DNA of 64,000 nucleotides from Eledone cirrhosa (Eukaryota). Made by a program: the position numbers and the translations under genes. Shown piece by piece: positions 1 to 13,285 of this stretch; the first letter of the stretch is position 1; every line of letters begins with the position of its first letter. The stretch covers positions 348,378,001 to 348,442,000 of the forward strand of contig OZ024741.1 of assembly GCA_964016885.1 (NCBI GenBank), read 5' to 3'. The notes beneath the pieces were generated by a model, which worked only from the letters and a program-made list of their open reading frames with translations, made no database searches and was not told the origin of the DNA.

Positions 1-469
1 TATTTCATTGTTTTAACTTATATATATTTATATATAATTTTGTATATATTTGGAGGATCATGGTGTCCAAACAAATGCACACGCATCTGTGGGTTTCACT
101 TCAGTTTATTATTATAATTTCACAGTTGGTTAGGTTAATAACTGGAAAAACAAACAGTCTGTAAATTACAATGATGTTTGTTTATTTAATTATCTAATGA
201 ATTTAAACATCCGTATAGTCATGTAAAAATAGGAGAAGTATCGCATACTTCTCACCGATTGCAATTAAAAAGATCTAGTGAGAAAAGTAATAAAACATGA
301 AAAGGGAAAAGAAAATAGAAACAAAAATACAATTTCAAATATTGGAGGTCATGGGAGGCAAATTAATGAACATAGAAAACAAGGGATGCTGTAAAATAGA
401 TAGTAGTTTCTCTTGTTCAATCTTTTCGTAGCGTATTCGAAGCTATTGTTTATATTTGGATGTCCTTTA

Positions 470-3400
470 CCCATACATTGAACTTCCAATATTAGTAGTT
501 TTTAAAATATTGGTTTCCCCATAGCCCCTCTCTCAGACTGATAATTTCTACATTAGAACAAAACGTGCCAAACAGTTTCCGGAGGGTCATCACAAGAACA
601 TAGAGGCGAATCTCAACGACATGTTCTTGAAAGAATGTAAATCAAAGATATATGTCCTGTTCGGAGCCAGTATATATATATATATATTTATTTTCATTTC
701 GCAATGATTGATAGATTTTGAATGTTGTCAAATATGGAGCAGAAAGTGGGGGATTCAAATTTGTGAGCTTATCTCTGGATTCTTCACAAAATGTGCCTCA
801 CCCTTGACTAAATATAAATTTCTTAAACGATTTTAAGTGCAAAATATTTGGGATGTAGGATATATCTATTATTTGCCTTTGCACTCCCTTTTTGCTAATT
901 CTAAGCTTTCTTACTTCCTTTAATATCTGTATGGCTCGGTATCCCGATCAATTTTTTTATTTTTATATTTTCTGAGAGATAGTTATCTACTTTTAGAAGA
1001 GCATTCTCAATATCACTATCCCGACCCCCTTTTCTTGACTGAAGCAGTTCTATGTTCGATTGACTTTCAGTATATAGAAAACTATTTTACCAGGGCAGTT
1101 GCTCAGCTGAATTGATGGATAATGTAATTCCCTACTATTCTGCATCAAATATAGTTCTTACCTCTATAATTATGTTTGAAAGTCCAAGTAGCTCCACAAC
1201 CCAATCCCATGTCTGAATGTGTTCCATCTGTGTAGCAGACCCAGCTGTTAAAGAGATTGACTGTGTGATAGTATTATGGAGTTCTTTTGATTCTTCTTTT
1301 GTGTTTTTATCATTATATTAAACGATTTTACTTGTTCTACCCATGGGGAAAACCCGCTCTCATGCTAGTTTTTTTATTTATCTATTTTTTTTTTTTCATG
1401 TAAACTGAATAGTTATAAATTTACGTTTCCTGGACAATTAAATTATGGTTAACCAAGCTTCATGAAAAATCGCTATCTTGTGAGTAGATATTAACATATA
1501 ATTTTTCTAATTTGGGGACGGAATCGATCAATAGCTTGTTAACCCCCAAAGCCAGCTGCCATACAACAAGTGAGTGTTCATGACTCCCTTATTACACAGT
1601 CTCTAAATTAAAATTACTTTAACTGCATGCCATGTTGAAACTATTTTTTTCAGTGTGTGTTTGAGATGATTTTTCCATTTCAAGTCAGATTGTAAACAAA
1701 TACCTTATATCGTGATGGATTTTTTTGGTATCAGTAGTTGGTTCATCAAGTATATTTCATCGCATTGGTAATTGATGGGCTCGGGAATCTGGAAATAAGC
1801 CAGTATTGTTTTAGAGGGATAACATTGTTGGCCATTTTCTGTTGTCCATTCAGTTGCAGTTGAAAGTGCTCTGCATAATTTGTATATTTTGTTGTTGATG
1901 ATACTAGATGAAATATATAAGTTGATGTCATCTTCAAAACTTCTATTTTATTTAGAGATGTAAGCAAGTCTGAAACATAATGGTTGAGACTGGTTCTTTT
2001 GGTTATTAATGGGTACATTGATGTTCATAAATTGGTTTTCTGGTGCTGTGGTGATTGTTAGGTTGTTCTTAGTTAAATAGTGTTTGTTATAGGGGTGGGC
2101 TCCATTGCACCTGTGGCACTTTGCCTTAGTAGAGTCATTTATTACAGGACAGTTTCTGTTATAGTGTGAGCAGTGGTTGCACTTCTTATTAAATACGAAC
2201 GCTTCCACTCTATTTCCTTCAAAATCTCTGGTGATATCATCGTATTCTTGATTGAGTAAAGAACATTGGGATTGCTTGTCCACCAGTTCAATTATGATGC
2301 TGTCGTGGATTGATAGGCTGCTAATTTTGTTTTTATTTATCAGGATTCTCAGTGACTTATATCCTTTAATTTTTGTGGATAGGGAGTGTTCATTGCGGAA
2401 ATTGTGTATCACAATTAGGTGTGAGCATTGGATAAGAGTTAATCCACAACCTATAGATATTTCCGCATTTGTGTACTTAAAAAGTTCTTCTTGGTTTTTA
2501 GGTATTGTTACTGCTATTCTTTCTAATTTGTTTTCTACTTTCGTTAGTCGTATATCATTTATTAGTACTCCGGCTATTGGCTTCTCTGACAGACACTTCT
2601 TAATAGTGGAGTACCATTCATCATTGTTTTGGAGAGTAAGGTGTTGCTCTGCTGAACGAGGGTTAGAGTTGAATGATATGTAGCTGTCCAGCTTATATTT
2701 GTCCTTGGATTGGATGTTCTGATTGGGCTTGTTTTACTTCAAACTTTGGTCCAAATGTTTGCTGTTGTGTTCTATGACTTGTATTATTCCCGCCAGATCG
2801 TGTTCTTTTTACTATTTGACTGGTTGTTGTGGTTAATTAGCTCCTCTAATGGTACTACATTTTTTTTTCAATTTCAATTCATTTGGGCTGGTGGTGATAT
2901 CGGTGTTGTTTGTTAATGGTTATTCATACTTCTGCTAACATCATTAATCCCACAGATAAGTCAGTGACGCCTTCTTGGTCTATGTTCTGATTTAGCTTAT
3001 TTTTAATTTGTGTCAGAATATTGGCCATATGATGGATGATCATATTTGGTGTATACATTGCTAATTTGTTTTCCGGCGATATGATTTCATCCGCATAGTT
3101 ATTTGTTTTTTTAGCGGACTATTTCCTTCATATTGTATTAAGTTTGCTAACTTTCTATTTGGTGAGCTACAATTTCGGCACTGATTGTCACTGTCAGGAA
3201 TGGCGTTTGTTGCAAGTACAAGTCCAAATCATTTTTCGTACTATATATTTTATTCCAAAAGATCAGTCTAAAAATAGATGTGTTACATCTTATCTGATAC
3301 CTAGATCCTACCGAAACTTTCAACTCAGAATTGTGTCTACCATAGCGCCAGAATCTGGCAGTCAGTGTAAAGTGGTGGACGTCTAGCGGTCAAGTCCATA
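470..3400 (-). mobile_element. Degenerate, internally deleted I-group (RNase H-containing) non-LTR retrotransposon
   Basis: Minus strand shows ORF1-type zinc knuckles (..KCNHCSHYNRNC..CHRCNGAH, ORF 1948-2412). RNase H motifs WVCYTDG (~1243-1220) and IPSHTDIKGSKKA (~945-905) follow, then WLRTGH (~670) and a C-terminal CCHC finger CSCDDPPETVWHVLF*C (~600-545). Many stops and frameshifts; boundaries approximate. Confidence 0.7.
1948..2412 (-). pseudogene. LINE ORF1 (gag-like) fragment with CCHC zinc knuckles
   Basis: Degenerate CX2CX4HX4C followed by CX2CX3H, the arrangement typical of I/Jockey-group ORF1. Confidence 0.6.
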
Positions 3401-3609
3401 GTTACTCTTATATGCCAACACACCCACATACATACTTATTGACTAATCTCTACAGAGATAGGCAACAGGTTTAAGCGGGTAAATTTATGTATGTATATAT
3501 ATATATATATATATATAACGAAGGAAATGTGGTAAGGAACCAGGTGGACCATAACGCACCAAAGTACTCAATACTTGAGGTAGTAGAGTGGGTAATAGGA
3601 ACCAGTAAG

Positions 3610-3703
3610 ACCCCGACAGCTGAGCTCAAGCCGTTTCGACGGATAATTCTGGACTAAATGAAAATTTATCCTGGTATTTAAATAGCCGATCTTCTCAAGG
3701 GGT
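3610..3703 (-). ncRNA. Type I hammerhead ribozyme in pLTR (U3-A8 core variant), left copy
   Basis: Reverse complement of 6377-6470, with one substitution (TTATCCGTC vs TTAGCCGTC) that breaks a helix II pair. Confidence 0.75.
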
Positions 3704-4793
3704 AATTCCATATATGGTCAAAGTGATTGTCAAAAATCAGTAGTAATTCTGTGGTTGCAAATTAGTAGGGGAGATGGTGGCTAAACCTGCCAGTAGGAGA
3801 AAGAGGGGAGGGGGTGGAGTAGACCCAATCAAGCGTTGGTAGTGCCAGCTACAGCTGGGCATGAGGTCAAAGAAGATACAGGGGATGGGGAGGGGGAGGA
3901 AGTCGGAACGGTAGGTAGAACAATGGGGGGTAGAAATAGGAAAGAAAAAACACTGAGAGTGAAGAAAAGCAAATAAGTGTAAAGAAAAAAGTAAAGTAAA
4001 TTAAATTCTACGACCTAGGTGTCAGGCTATTGTTAGGCGAGAATAAAATAAAGAAAGAAAGAAGTAAATAAATAAATAAATAAATAAATAAGGAAATAAG
4101 TAAAAGAACTAGGTGGGACGGAATAGGCAAGCACCCTTTTAAGAGGTATAAGTACGTAAATGATACGGTGACGGGTCAACAAAAGGGGCCAAAATACTAA
4201 AGAGACTACCACGAAATAAACAATAAAGGTTTCCATCCCGGGCCAGCAACGCCCCAGTGCAGCAAAGTGAACTTGTACGAGATAATAATTCTGAGTCCCG
4301 AGAAAAATATATACTAATGCTAACTCTAAAAGATCTAAAACAAGCTACATGAAAGTTCGTACGAAATAAAGGTAGAATACGGAAAAATAAATTCAGAATC
4401 CACCCCGCCCAGAAGAAAAGCGAAGCAAGAAATACTGAAACGAAAAAATAAGGCATAAGTGCCACTAAGAAATATAGAGGGCACAGAGAATAGTGGGAGC
4501 GGTCGGAAAAAGGGGGCAAGTATCCGGGGCCTAAGCCAACTGCTATAAAGGGCGGAGTCCGCCAAATCTATCATAGACTAGGGGAGGGGGGGTGGGGGTA
4601 CTAAGGCTACATGGGGCCAAAGGGCAGCCTCGGGTGGGCGAGAAAAGACGCCGACAAAGGAGAAGAGCTGGGGTAGAAGGACAAAGGAGAGAGGGGGGAA
4701 GGAAATGAAGGAAGCGATAAAAGAATACAAAGAAGATCTTACGTCTTCCTTGGCAAGCAGGGGTTACCCATTGCAAAATCGGCAAGTGGGGTG

Positions 4794-5477
4794 TTATAGC
4801 CCTAGTCTAACGGGGTCATTATGGGGTTTGAGGTCGAGGTAAGTCCTACGCAATCTATGTTTACATGCAGTAACCAGTTCATCTTTCTTGTTTAGGAGTT
4901 GGTCCGTCGAAAACAGCATTTGTAAAGTTTCCTCCGAGCATAAATTGCACGGACGGCGTCCTCCCGTGTAAGAATTGGCTCTGGACAGTAATCTCCAAGT
5001 GAGATCATAGGTGATGTTGTTGTCCTTGAGGTCCCATATGTGGCCCGAAAGTGTAGTGGCGTGACGCCGGGCCGGGTTTCGGAAGGTATGTCTATGTTGG
5101 TATAGCCGGGTCTTGAAGTCACATGCGGTAAGTCCTATATAGGCTTTGTTGGAGGTATCCGTCCTCACGTTGCACTGGTAGATCACATTACGGTCTCTGC
5201 ATCTATTGTCGAGTGGGCAAATAGATCTATCCGGGCAGTTACACCTCCTGGTCGGTTCTCCACTGCTATTTAGGTTATTTCTGCCATCGGGGTTGAGTTT
5301 TTTGTTGTTAGAGGAGACGATGTTTTGTGCGAAGTTTGGTGTAGTGCTGTAAGAGAGTTTGATGGTATTTTTGTTAATTATGTTGTGGTAGCGGTGTTGT
5401 AGTGGGAAGTGTTTTTCAATGAGCCTAAAGAATAGTTTCCCGATGGGAGTAGTCACCTCTGCGTTGTGGGGAGGATT
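4794..5477 (-). CDS. Penelope-like GIY-YIG endonuclease C-terminal region (5'-truncated; CxC-CPL-C linker, Naiad-like by inference)
   Basis: Motifs YNPPH..TPIGK, CNCPDRSICPLDNRC, NVIYQC, AYIGLT..FKTRLYQHRHTF, TTLSGHIW, CNLCSEE, LLNKKDE..CKH. The frame is open up to the inversion junction. Confidence 0.88.
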   Translation of the reverse strand, partial: NPPHNAEVTTPIGKLFFRLIEKHFPLQHRYHNIINKNTIKLSYSTTPNFAQNIVSSNNKKLNPDGRNNLNSSGEPTRRCNCPDRSICPLDNRCRDRNVIYQCNVRTDTSNKAYIGLTACDFKTRLYQHRHTFRNPARRHATTLSGHIWDLKDNNITYDLTWRLLSRANSYTGGRRPCNLCSEETLQMLFSTDQLLNKKDELVTACKHRLRRTYLDLKPHNDPVRLGL

Positions 5478-6376
5478 GTACCCCCACCACCCCCTCCCCT
5501 AGTCTATGATAGATTTGGCGGACTCCGCCCTTTATAGCAGTTGGCTTAGACCCCGGATACTTGCCCCCTTTTTCCGACCGCTCCCACTATTCTCTGTGCC
5601 CTCTATATTTCTTAGTGGCACTTATGCCTTATTTTTTCGTTTCGGTATTTCTTGCTTCGCTTTTCTTCTGGGCGGGGTGGATTCTGAATTTATTTTTCCG
5701 TATTCTACCTTTATTTAGTACGAACTTTCATGTAGCTTGTTTTAGATCTTTTAGAGTTAGCATTAGTATATATTTTTCTCGGGACTCAGAATTATTATCT
5801 CGTACAAGTTCACTTTGCTGCACTGGGGCGTTGCTGGCCCGGGATGGAAACCTTTATTGTTTATTTCGTGGTAGTCTCTTTAGTATTTTGGCCCCTTTTG
5901 TTGACCCGTCACCGTATCATTTACGTACTTATACCTCTTAAAAGGGTGCTTGCCTAATCCGTCCCACCTAGTTCTTTTACTTATTTCCTTATTTATTTAT
6001 TTATTTATTTATTTACTTCTTTCTTTCTTTATTTTATTCTCGCCTAACAATAGCCTGACACCTAGGTCGTAGAATTTAATTTACTTTACTTTTTTCTTTA
6101 CACTTATTTGCTTTTCTTCACTCTCAGTATTTTTTCTTTCCTATTTCTACCCCCCATTGTTCTACCTACCGTTCCGACTTCCTCCCCCTCCCCCTCCCCT
6201 GTATCTTCTTCGACCTCATGTCCAGCTGTAGCTGGCACTACCAACGCTTGATTGGGTCTACTCCACCCCCTCCCCTTTTTCTCCTACTGGCAGGTTTAGC
6301 CACCATCTCCCCTACTAATTTGCAACCACAGAATTACTACTGATTTTTGACAATCACTTTGACCATATATGGAATT

Positions 6377-6470
6377 ACCCCTTGAGAAGATCGGCTATTT
6401 AAATACCAGGATAAATTTTCATTTAGTCCAGAATTAGCCGTCGAAACGGCTTGAGCTCAGCTGTCGGGGT
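6377..6470 (+). ncRNA. Type I hammerhead ribozyme in pLTR (U3-A8 core variant, extended helix II)
   Basis: ACCCC-TTGAGAA-GATCGGCTA..TAGCCGTC-GAA-ACGGCT TGAGCTC AGCTGT-C-GGGGT. Helix I has 5 bp, helix II 8 bp plus an inserted hairpin, helix III 6 bp. GUC triplet, predicted cleavage after 6465. Confidence 0.82.
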
Positions 6471-6480
6471 CTTACTGGTT

Positions 6481-6523
<43 letters not shown>

Positions 6524-6540
6524 AAGTATATATATAAACG

Positions 6541-6578
<38 letters not shown>

Positions 6579-6735
6579 TTTGAGCAAACCTACACGTACG
6601 CTGTTCATCTCTAACGTAACGATATATTATCACTACATTATTGATAACCTGAAATTATATATATATATATATTTATATATATATACGTATATATACCCAC
6701 TCACACACACACACATACACCTGCATACACACACA

Positions 6736-6801
<66 letters not shown>

Positions 6802-7378
6802 TATACATACACATGTAGATTAAAATATAATAAAATAACTTCAGTAAAGTTAGCTTTCATTCAAAAGTACTTCTTAAGTAGTTGCAAGATTATATGCAGT
6901 ACATTTATATCTCGAAAAAGAGATATTCCGTTAATCGTAAGTCAGTGTGCGTGCTGTGGTATGGTTAGGGTCAGCTAACATGTGGATAATTTCCTTTTCT
7001 AGTAGTGGTGGAATGTTTTTCTTCTGTACTTATAAGTTGAAATTTCTCTAGTTGCACGTTGTGAAGAATGTATGTACAATGAATTAATAGGGATAAACTA
7101 ACAAAAGAGAAGAAAAAGAACGCAAAAGTTATTTTGTTTTTTTGGATATTTGCTGCATCACCCCCCCCCCCCAACGTATAAAAAATATCTGTTTCAACAC
7201 ACGTTTTCCGATAACAAATTTTGCAAAACAAATACGAAAGGAGACACACACAAACACATATATATACGTGGGTGTGTGTGTGTGTGTGTGTTTGCGTGTG
7301 CGCGTGTGTATGTGTGCACATATGCTGCAACATCGACTCGATTCTTTTAAATCTGTGTATAATATACACATGTATACA

Positions 7379-7417
<39 letters not shown>

Positions 7418-8595
7418 ATAGTCTTTGTGATTTGTATTACAATTTTCCTGTCATCAATCTTTCTCATTATCGCACCTTCAACTTTATTCCTCATATTAAT
7501 TCAATCCTTCTTCGCCTCATATTAAACCACGACTATCTCCTTTTTTGTTGTTGCTCAAGGTTCCCGTTCTTCTTAATTATTGCTGCATTCATTTTTCGTT
7601 TAATAATTCTTATTTGAGCGTAAAGATGCCACACGCTCCTCGTGTGTTTATAGAATATACTAAGCATGAATATTTAGACAGGAGATTAGTAACGAGAAAA
7701 TTCCACATTGACTCAGACATAAACTGTGTTGCTCTCCGCCATCTAGCAATATTTCATATTATGTTTATACGAATAGGAATGCATATACAGAGCGAGAGAA
7801 GAGAGTAGAATCTAACGACTTACTGCACTTGAAAAACTTTTGTCGTTGGAATTTTCACTTAAAGCATATAAATCCGGAATATATAGTTAAAAGTCCATCT
7901 ATTGTTGCTTCAACGATTCCATTACTAGTCAGTCTATGGCACATAGCATACCGTAGCCCATCATACATAAACAGAAATGCTGATAAACGAAAGGAATACA
8001 TGAAAGCACCGGTGTGCTCATTCATCGTGAACAAAACCCGGATAAATAAGAGAGCAACGTTATGGTGATAAACTATGCTAGATATCGCCAAAAAAAAAAC
8101 AAAAGAAAAAACAAGGAAAAAGTCTACATCTTAATCATTATTAAGTTCAGTATATCGGAATGGTGAACCATACTGAATCACCGTCAGTACAAGGCTCTCG
8201 AAAATATAGCAACTCATTGATGTCCAATTTGGTGTTCAACCTCTACTAGATAAATAGTAATATAACAAAAAAAAAACAGCAACAACAAAACAAACAAACA
8301 TGGAAAGCAATAAAACAACAACAACGCTGCCAACAAACACAACGAAAAGATTAGCAATATCTAGTGCCATTCGATGTAAAAGCAGGACTGTTAAAATCAA
8401 TTTGAAAGATAAGTGTACTGCTTAGTGAACCTTTATGATAGTTCGCCCAGCAGATCACAGCCAAATCGACAATGATAGCTAAGTAGGTATTATAGCCACA
8501 TATGTATATAAACACATTAACATATATATATGTTTTCAATGTTTCTAAACGTATTTTTCACCATTTCGGTATCTGCGGACACACACACGGGTTTA

Positions 8596-8640
<45 letters not shown>

Positions 8641-8836
8641 ATGCCAGTGTTTATCAGTATATATATATCCTATTTTACTTGTCCCAATAACTTTATTTAG
8701 TTATTGCTCGCACCAACTAGAGGTATATGATTTTTAAAGCGATGAAATACCAATGGAAGTTCGAAGATCACTGATGAAGGACTAATTTTATTCATATGTA
8801 ACCCATGTGCAACCACGCAGCTCTCCATTTTTTTCA

Positions 8837-8939
<103 letters not shown>

Positions 8940-9463
8940 ATGTATGAATGTATGTATGTACAGATATTCAACGTCATTTTAACGAAGAAACTTAACCTAC
9001 TTCCTTATGAAAAAGATGAAATAAGCCAACGCTTATCTGTTATTTTACTATGAATCTTCAGAAAGAATATACATTAACATTAGAGACAGCAATGAAAAAA
9101 CATATAGAGAGCGACACAGCAAGAGGTGTGAGACAAATGGAGACATGATATGGAGAAACAGAGAGACGCAGAGAGACTGACAGAGAGTAACCGAGCGAAA
9201 TAAAGACGGAGTGACAAGGAGTGAGGGAAAGATAGACATAGGGAGGGAGATTCAAATGAAAATAGAAGCTAGCCATTTTCTTGTCCGTGCCATGTCATTA
9301 TTTTGAAAGTAATGCATGGAAATCGTTCTGAAGAAGCGGACCTCTTGCGGAAATATTTTGTTTGAACGAATTAGAAGAATATGTGTAATTCAAAATGCCT
9401 GCACATATATATATATATACAACTGTACATCTATATAACTGTGGATGCAATGTGTTTATTTGC

Positions 9464-9612
<149 letters not shown>

Positions 9613-9783
9613 CTATATATATATATTTCCTAACTTTGTGTTTACTGTGAACGGAAATGTATTAACTTTTCGCTCCACTGGGTGCTTTGTGTTCGCCTCA
9701 AACAATTCGATTAGTATATACTATATTGCGGCCACAACTTCGATTCATATCCAATAATACAGACACAGACACCCCCCCACACA

Positions 9784-9903
<120 letters not shown>

Positions 9904-12149
9904 TTCATAGGGTTTTACGGCTCTACGAAGAAGAATTACGCTATACCTAAAATACGGAACAATAGGGAATAAACTTATGCGAAGCCTCTGATTTTATTCC
10001 TGATCAATGAGAACCAAATTGAGGTTAAAGATAAAATCAAAGATATCTGAGCTATGACCACAGCAACTATTGCAACGAAAACAACAACTACAGCAACAGA
10101 AACTAATACTACAGATTTAGAAATAACAACAAACGCATCAAAGTAAATGTGATTGTTGTCTGTGCCTGTGCGTGCGTTTGTCTATGTGTGAGTATACGTG
10201 TGCATGTGTGTGTGAGTGCTTTGCTTCCTTATGAGGCGGGGGTAAATAAACAAATCACAGGGAAAAGTTATAAGATAACCTGCTGTTTAGCTCTGGTTTA
10301 ATACAACATAAATAGAGAAAGAATTTAATATATCGAATGATGTGCAAAAAAAAAAATCTTAATAACTGGCAACTTCTTACACGGGTGAGAAGAAACGCTA
10401 AAATCTAGCGGTTATTGTGAGTGGCTCTCAAATATTATAGGAAACGTTTATAAGGATATTATAATCAATTTATATGCTTCGAGGAATATTCTGATTTGTA
10501 TTTACAAGCAATGGACAACTGTGGACAAATTTAGGTTTGATTGCTACGTACTTCCATAGTATATTCTAGTCAGGTCTGTGTTCATCAGATAACAATAATG
10601 TATTATGCAGAAAAGTGACAACTATATTTTAAGCAGCACAAATAGCAGAAATATGATTATTTGTTATCGTGTTATCTCAACATAGTTCTGAAAGAGAAGA
10701 TCTATGCCACGTAACGATGTGGTGCAGCCCATATAGATGTTGTTCCACATATAACCTACATCCTACGAACGTGAGGCCATATAATTATACTGGCCAATTC
10801 ATCACTCTCATGCAATGTATAAATTGCCTACAGATTAAAGCAGCCCTCAGTAAACTATATAATTCTGATACAATGAAATCTGATCAAAATATCTTCACCG
10901 ATTTCTCTTGTCTCGAAATAAAATAATATTTCCTCGTATTTTTTTATTTAGTTACAAATACGTTAAAAAGTGACCGACGTCTATTTTATAATCGGTAAAC
11001 ATTTGATCAGTATTGTTGCTTTATTCCTCCATCTATGAAGGAATACAAATTCATCTATAATGCATCATTCAGTAACCATCTTTAATCTAGTCATTTAGAT
11101 TAATTCCACTGGCATACGCAAATAAGGTAGTTCGATAAGAGAACATACAGGAATAAATGAATCAATTTATTCTATTACAGTGCTGCGTAAATCTCTACCA
11201 AACTTTTGATCTAATCTGCCAGAACGTTAATCCATGTTGATGCAGTTGATCCAGTTGGCAATGAATATTTTTCAGATTATTCCAGATTGATGTAATACGC
11301 TAATATTTTGATGCAAGTTGATACAGATTTGTCAAAGCTGCCAATTATTCCGTCCAGTCCTATTCAAAGTAACAAAGGTCGATGGCATTTTGATCTAGGA
11401 AAATGTAAGCTGCTATAATATTCGTCACTAAGTTGGGGTTTCAAAACATGTTCTATTTGTTTTGTTATTTAACAACCCATCTTACAGTGTATGATCAAAA
11501 TTATACTAGTCATTCCTATAACAGATTTGCAATGGTTATGACAATGCTTTCCGATTTGAGGAAATAAGATGTATTTCTCATTATAAGACAAAATACACTT
11601 TGCATTGTGCTTAAGTCTTTAACCTAGTAGGTCTCCGCTCGGTTTTTCTGGTGGCATTTTTGCGTCTACGAAGCTGGAAATTAAGGCAATTGAGGCAACA
11701 AAATATATGAAGAACCCATGCAAGGGTAAATCATAGTAAATAACGAATTGATTATTTTGAAAAAAAAAAACTTTTCTACAACAAAGAATATGACACTAAA
11801 CAAAAAAAAGACCAACATGATGTACTGTAAGCTGCTTGAAATTTGAAAAAGACTTGGTTGATGTTGCTTAGCGAAGAACAAGCTTGATCATAAGCGTTGT
11901 GGGAGCAGATTGATCCAGCGCAGATTGTCAAGCGGACGTCAATATGCTTCGAACGCGTATACTGGCCAAGATATAAAGTGTTATATGAGAAACTTGGTGC
12001 TCTCTTCAGTATGACTTCATAGGATGTGTGTCGTATTATGTGAAAGCTTCAATAAGAAAAATATTATAACATAAACGAAGGAAAATATTTATACAATGAA
12101 AGCTGGTTTGTATGATATCATGATATCCGCTGTATATTGAAAGGCGCAT

Positions 12150-12472
12150 TCGGTCACGAATGACTATGGTTTTGCATCTAGAAAGTTTCGGTCCAAGGCA
12201 CAAGCCCGGGCAAGGTTTGTTTTGTGAAAGATCAGTAGTCGCCCATGCATACCAGTCTCCCCTCTCCCCGCCACCGATGTTGTCTAAGGAAAAGGCAATG
12301 ACAGATACAGCTTGGTACTTTTGCCGTCGCAACTCATTACTACAACTGAGTAAACTAGAGCAAGGTGAAATAAAGTGTCTTTCTCAAGGACACAACGCAC
12401 CACTCGGTCCGCGAATCGAACTTTCAACCTCTCAATAGCCAGCCCAATGCTCTAACCAATAAGCCGTGTCCC
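12150..12472 (-). mobile_element. tRNA-derived SINE
   Basis: Minus-strand A-box-like TGGTTAGAGC (12458-12449) and B-box GTTCGATTC (12421-12413), followed by CCTTGAGAAAGACACTTTATTTCAC, typical of a SINE body. Confidence 0.75.
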
Positions 12473-13099
12473 ACACTTAAAACGTTGCTTTCCGAGCCAC
12501 CGAGGGGACCTCGACGTGACTATTAAACATTCGTTAAATAGCAGCCACTATTCACACTATACACTTATAAAAATTAAATATTAGATAATGTCCCACAGGA
12601 TTCTCTTCACATAAGAAAATATGGATGATCATTGTAGGAACGGCATTAATCATAAGTTTCCCCAATCACGATTTAAAAAGTACTATACAACAGCCTAAAC
12701 ATTAAGAACAGCAACAACAACCGATATCATCCGACATATCACAAGTAAATTAATGATTAATATGTAAATCTAAATTGCATGTAATATCGACAACTGGGAG
12801 ATTAACATAAACATAAATTCAGAATACGACACGTAACTGTATAACTATAGTATGTAATTTGTCATTAAAAGCGATGCAATTCCGAATTATGTAAGCGAAT
12901 GACAAGGTAATTGGAAAGGTAGTATACCGTATGAAAGCACCTTAATTGACCCGTGTTTCAATGCAAGACATTTGTCTCACTAAAGACTTCTCTGTACAAC
13001 ACTCACCGGAGCTTTTACATCAGTTTCTGAAATGTGTTTTTATTGTAGACTTTAAATATTCTTACAAGCAAATCAATCATAATATCCTTTACAATAATA

Positions 13100-13285
13100 A
13101 TAGTTTCTTATTTAGACACAATTAATTTCAAGAGAGGGGAAAGTCGATTAAGTCGACCCTAGTGCATTACTGGTGCTTTATGTTATCGACCCCGTAAGGA
13201 TGAAGTGCAAAGCTAACCTCGGCGAGATTTGAAATCAGAACGTAAATTGTCGTAACTCTATGCCGCAAAGCATTGTGTCCATTTT
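13100..13285 (-). mobile_element. SINE fragment (family shared with 22525, 31890 and 57860)
   Basis: Reverse complement of the core TTCAAATCTCGCCGAGGTTAGCTTTGCACTTCATCCTTACGGGGTCGATAA..CACCAGTAATGCACT seen at the other loci. Confidence 0.7.

Larger units (their letters stand above)
3517..6485 (-). mobile_element. 5'-truncated Penelope-like element (GIY-YIG plus pLTR) with ~1-kb inverted pLTR copy
   Basis: GIY-YIG ORF at 4794-5456. Near-identical inverted arms 3595-4601 and 5478-6485. Both ends abut (TA)n, and each arm contains a hammerhead motif. Confidence 0.9.

Noticed and set aside
4794-5477. Selenocysteine-recoded Penelope ORF, as reported for some Naiad elements
   Set aside because: No in-frame TGA in the preserved ORF and no SECIS identified by eye.
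4033-5941. Hydrophobic ORF pairs (MPPFSDRS.., MIDLADSA..) on both strands
   Set aside because: They lie in the inverted pLTR arms, start at non-ATG or incidental codons and reflect T-rich composition.
9323-9369. CTGAAGA..GAAA hammerhead-like string
   Set aside because: The helix I register puts G at position 17, helices II and III are weak, and there is no repeat context.
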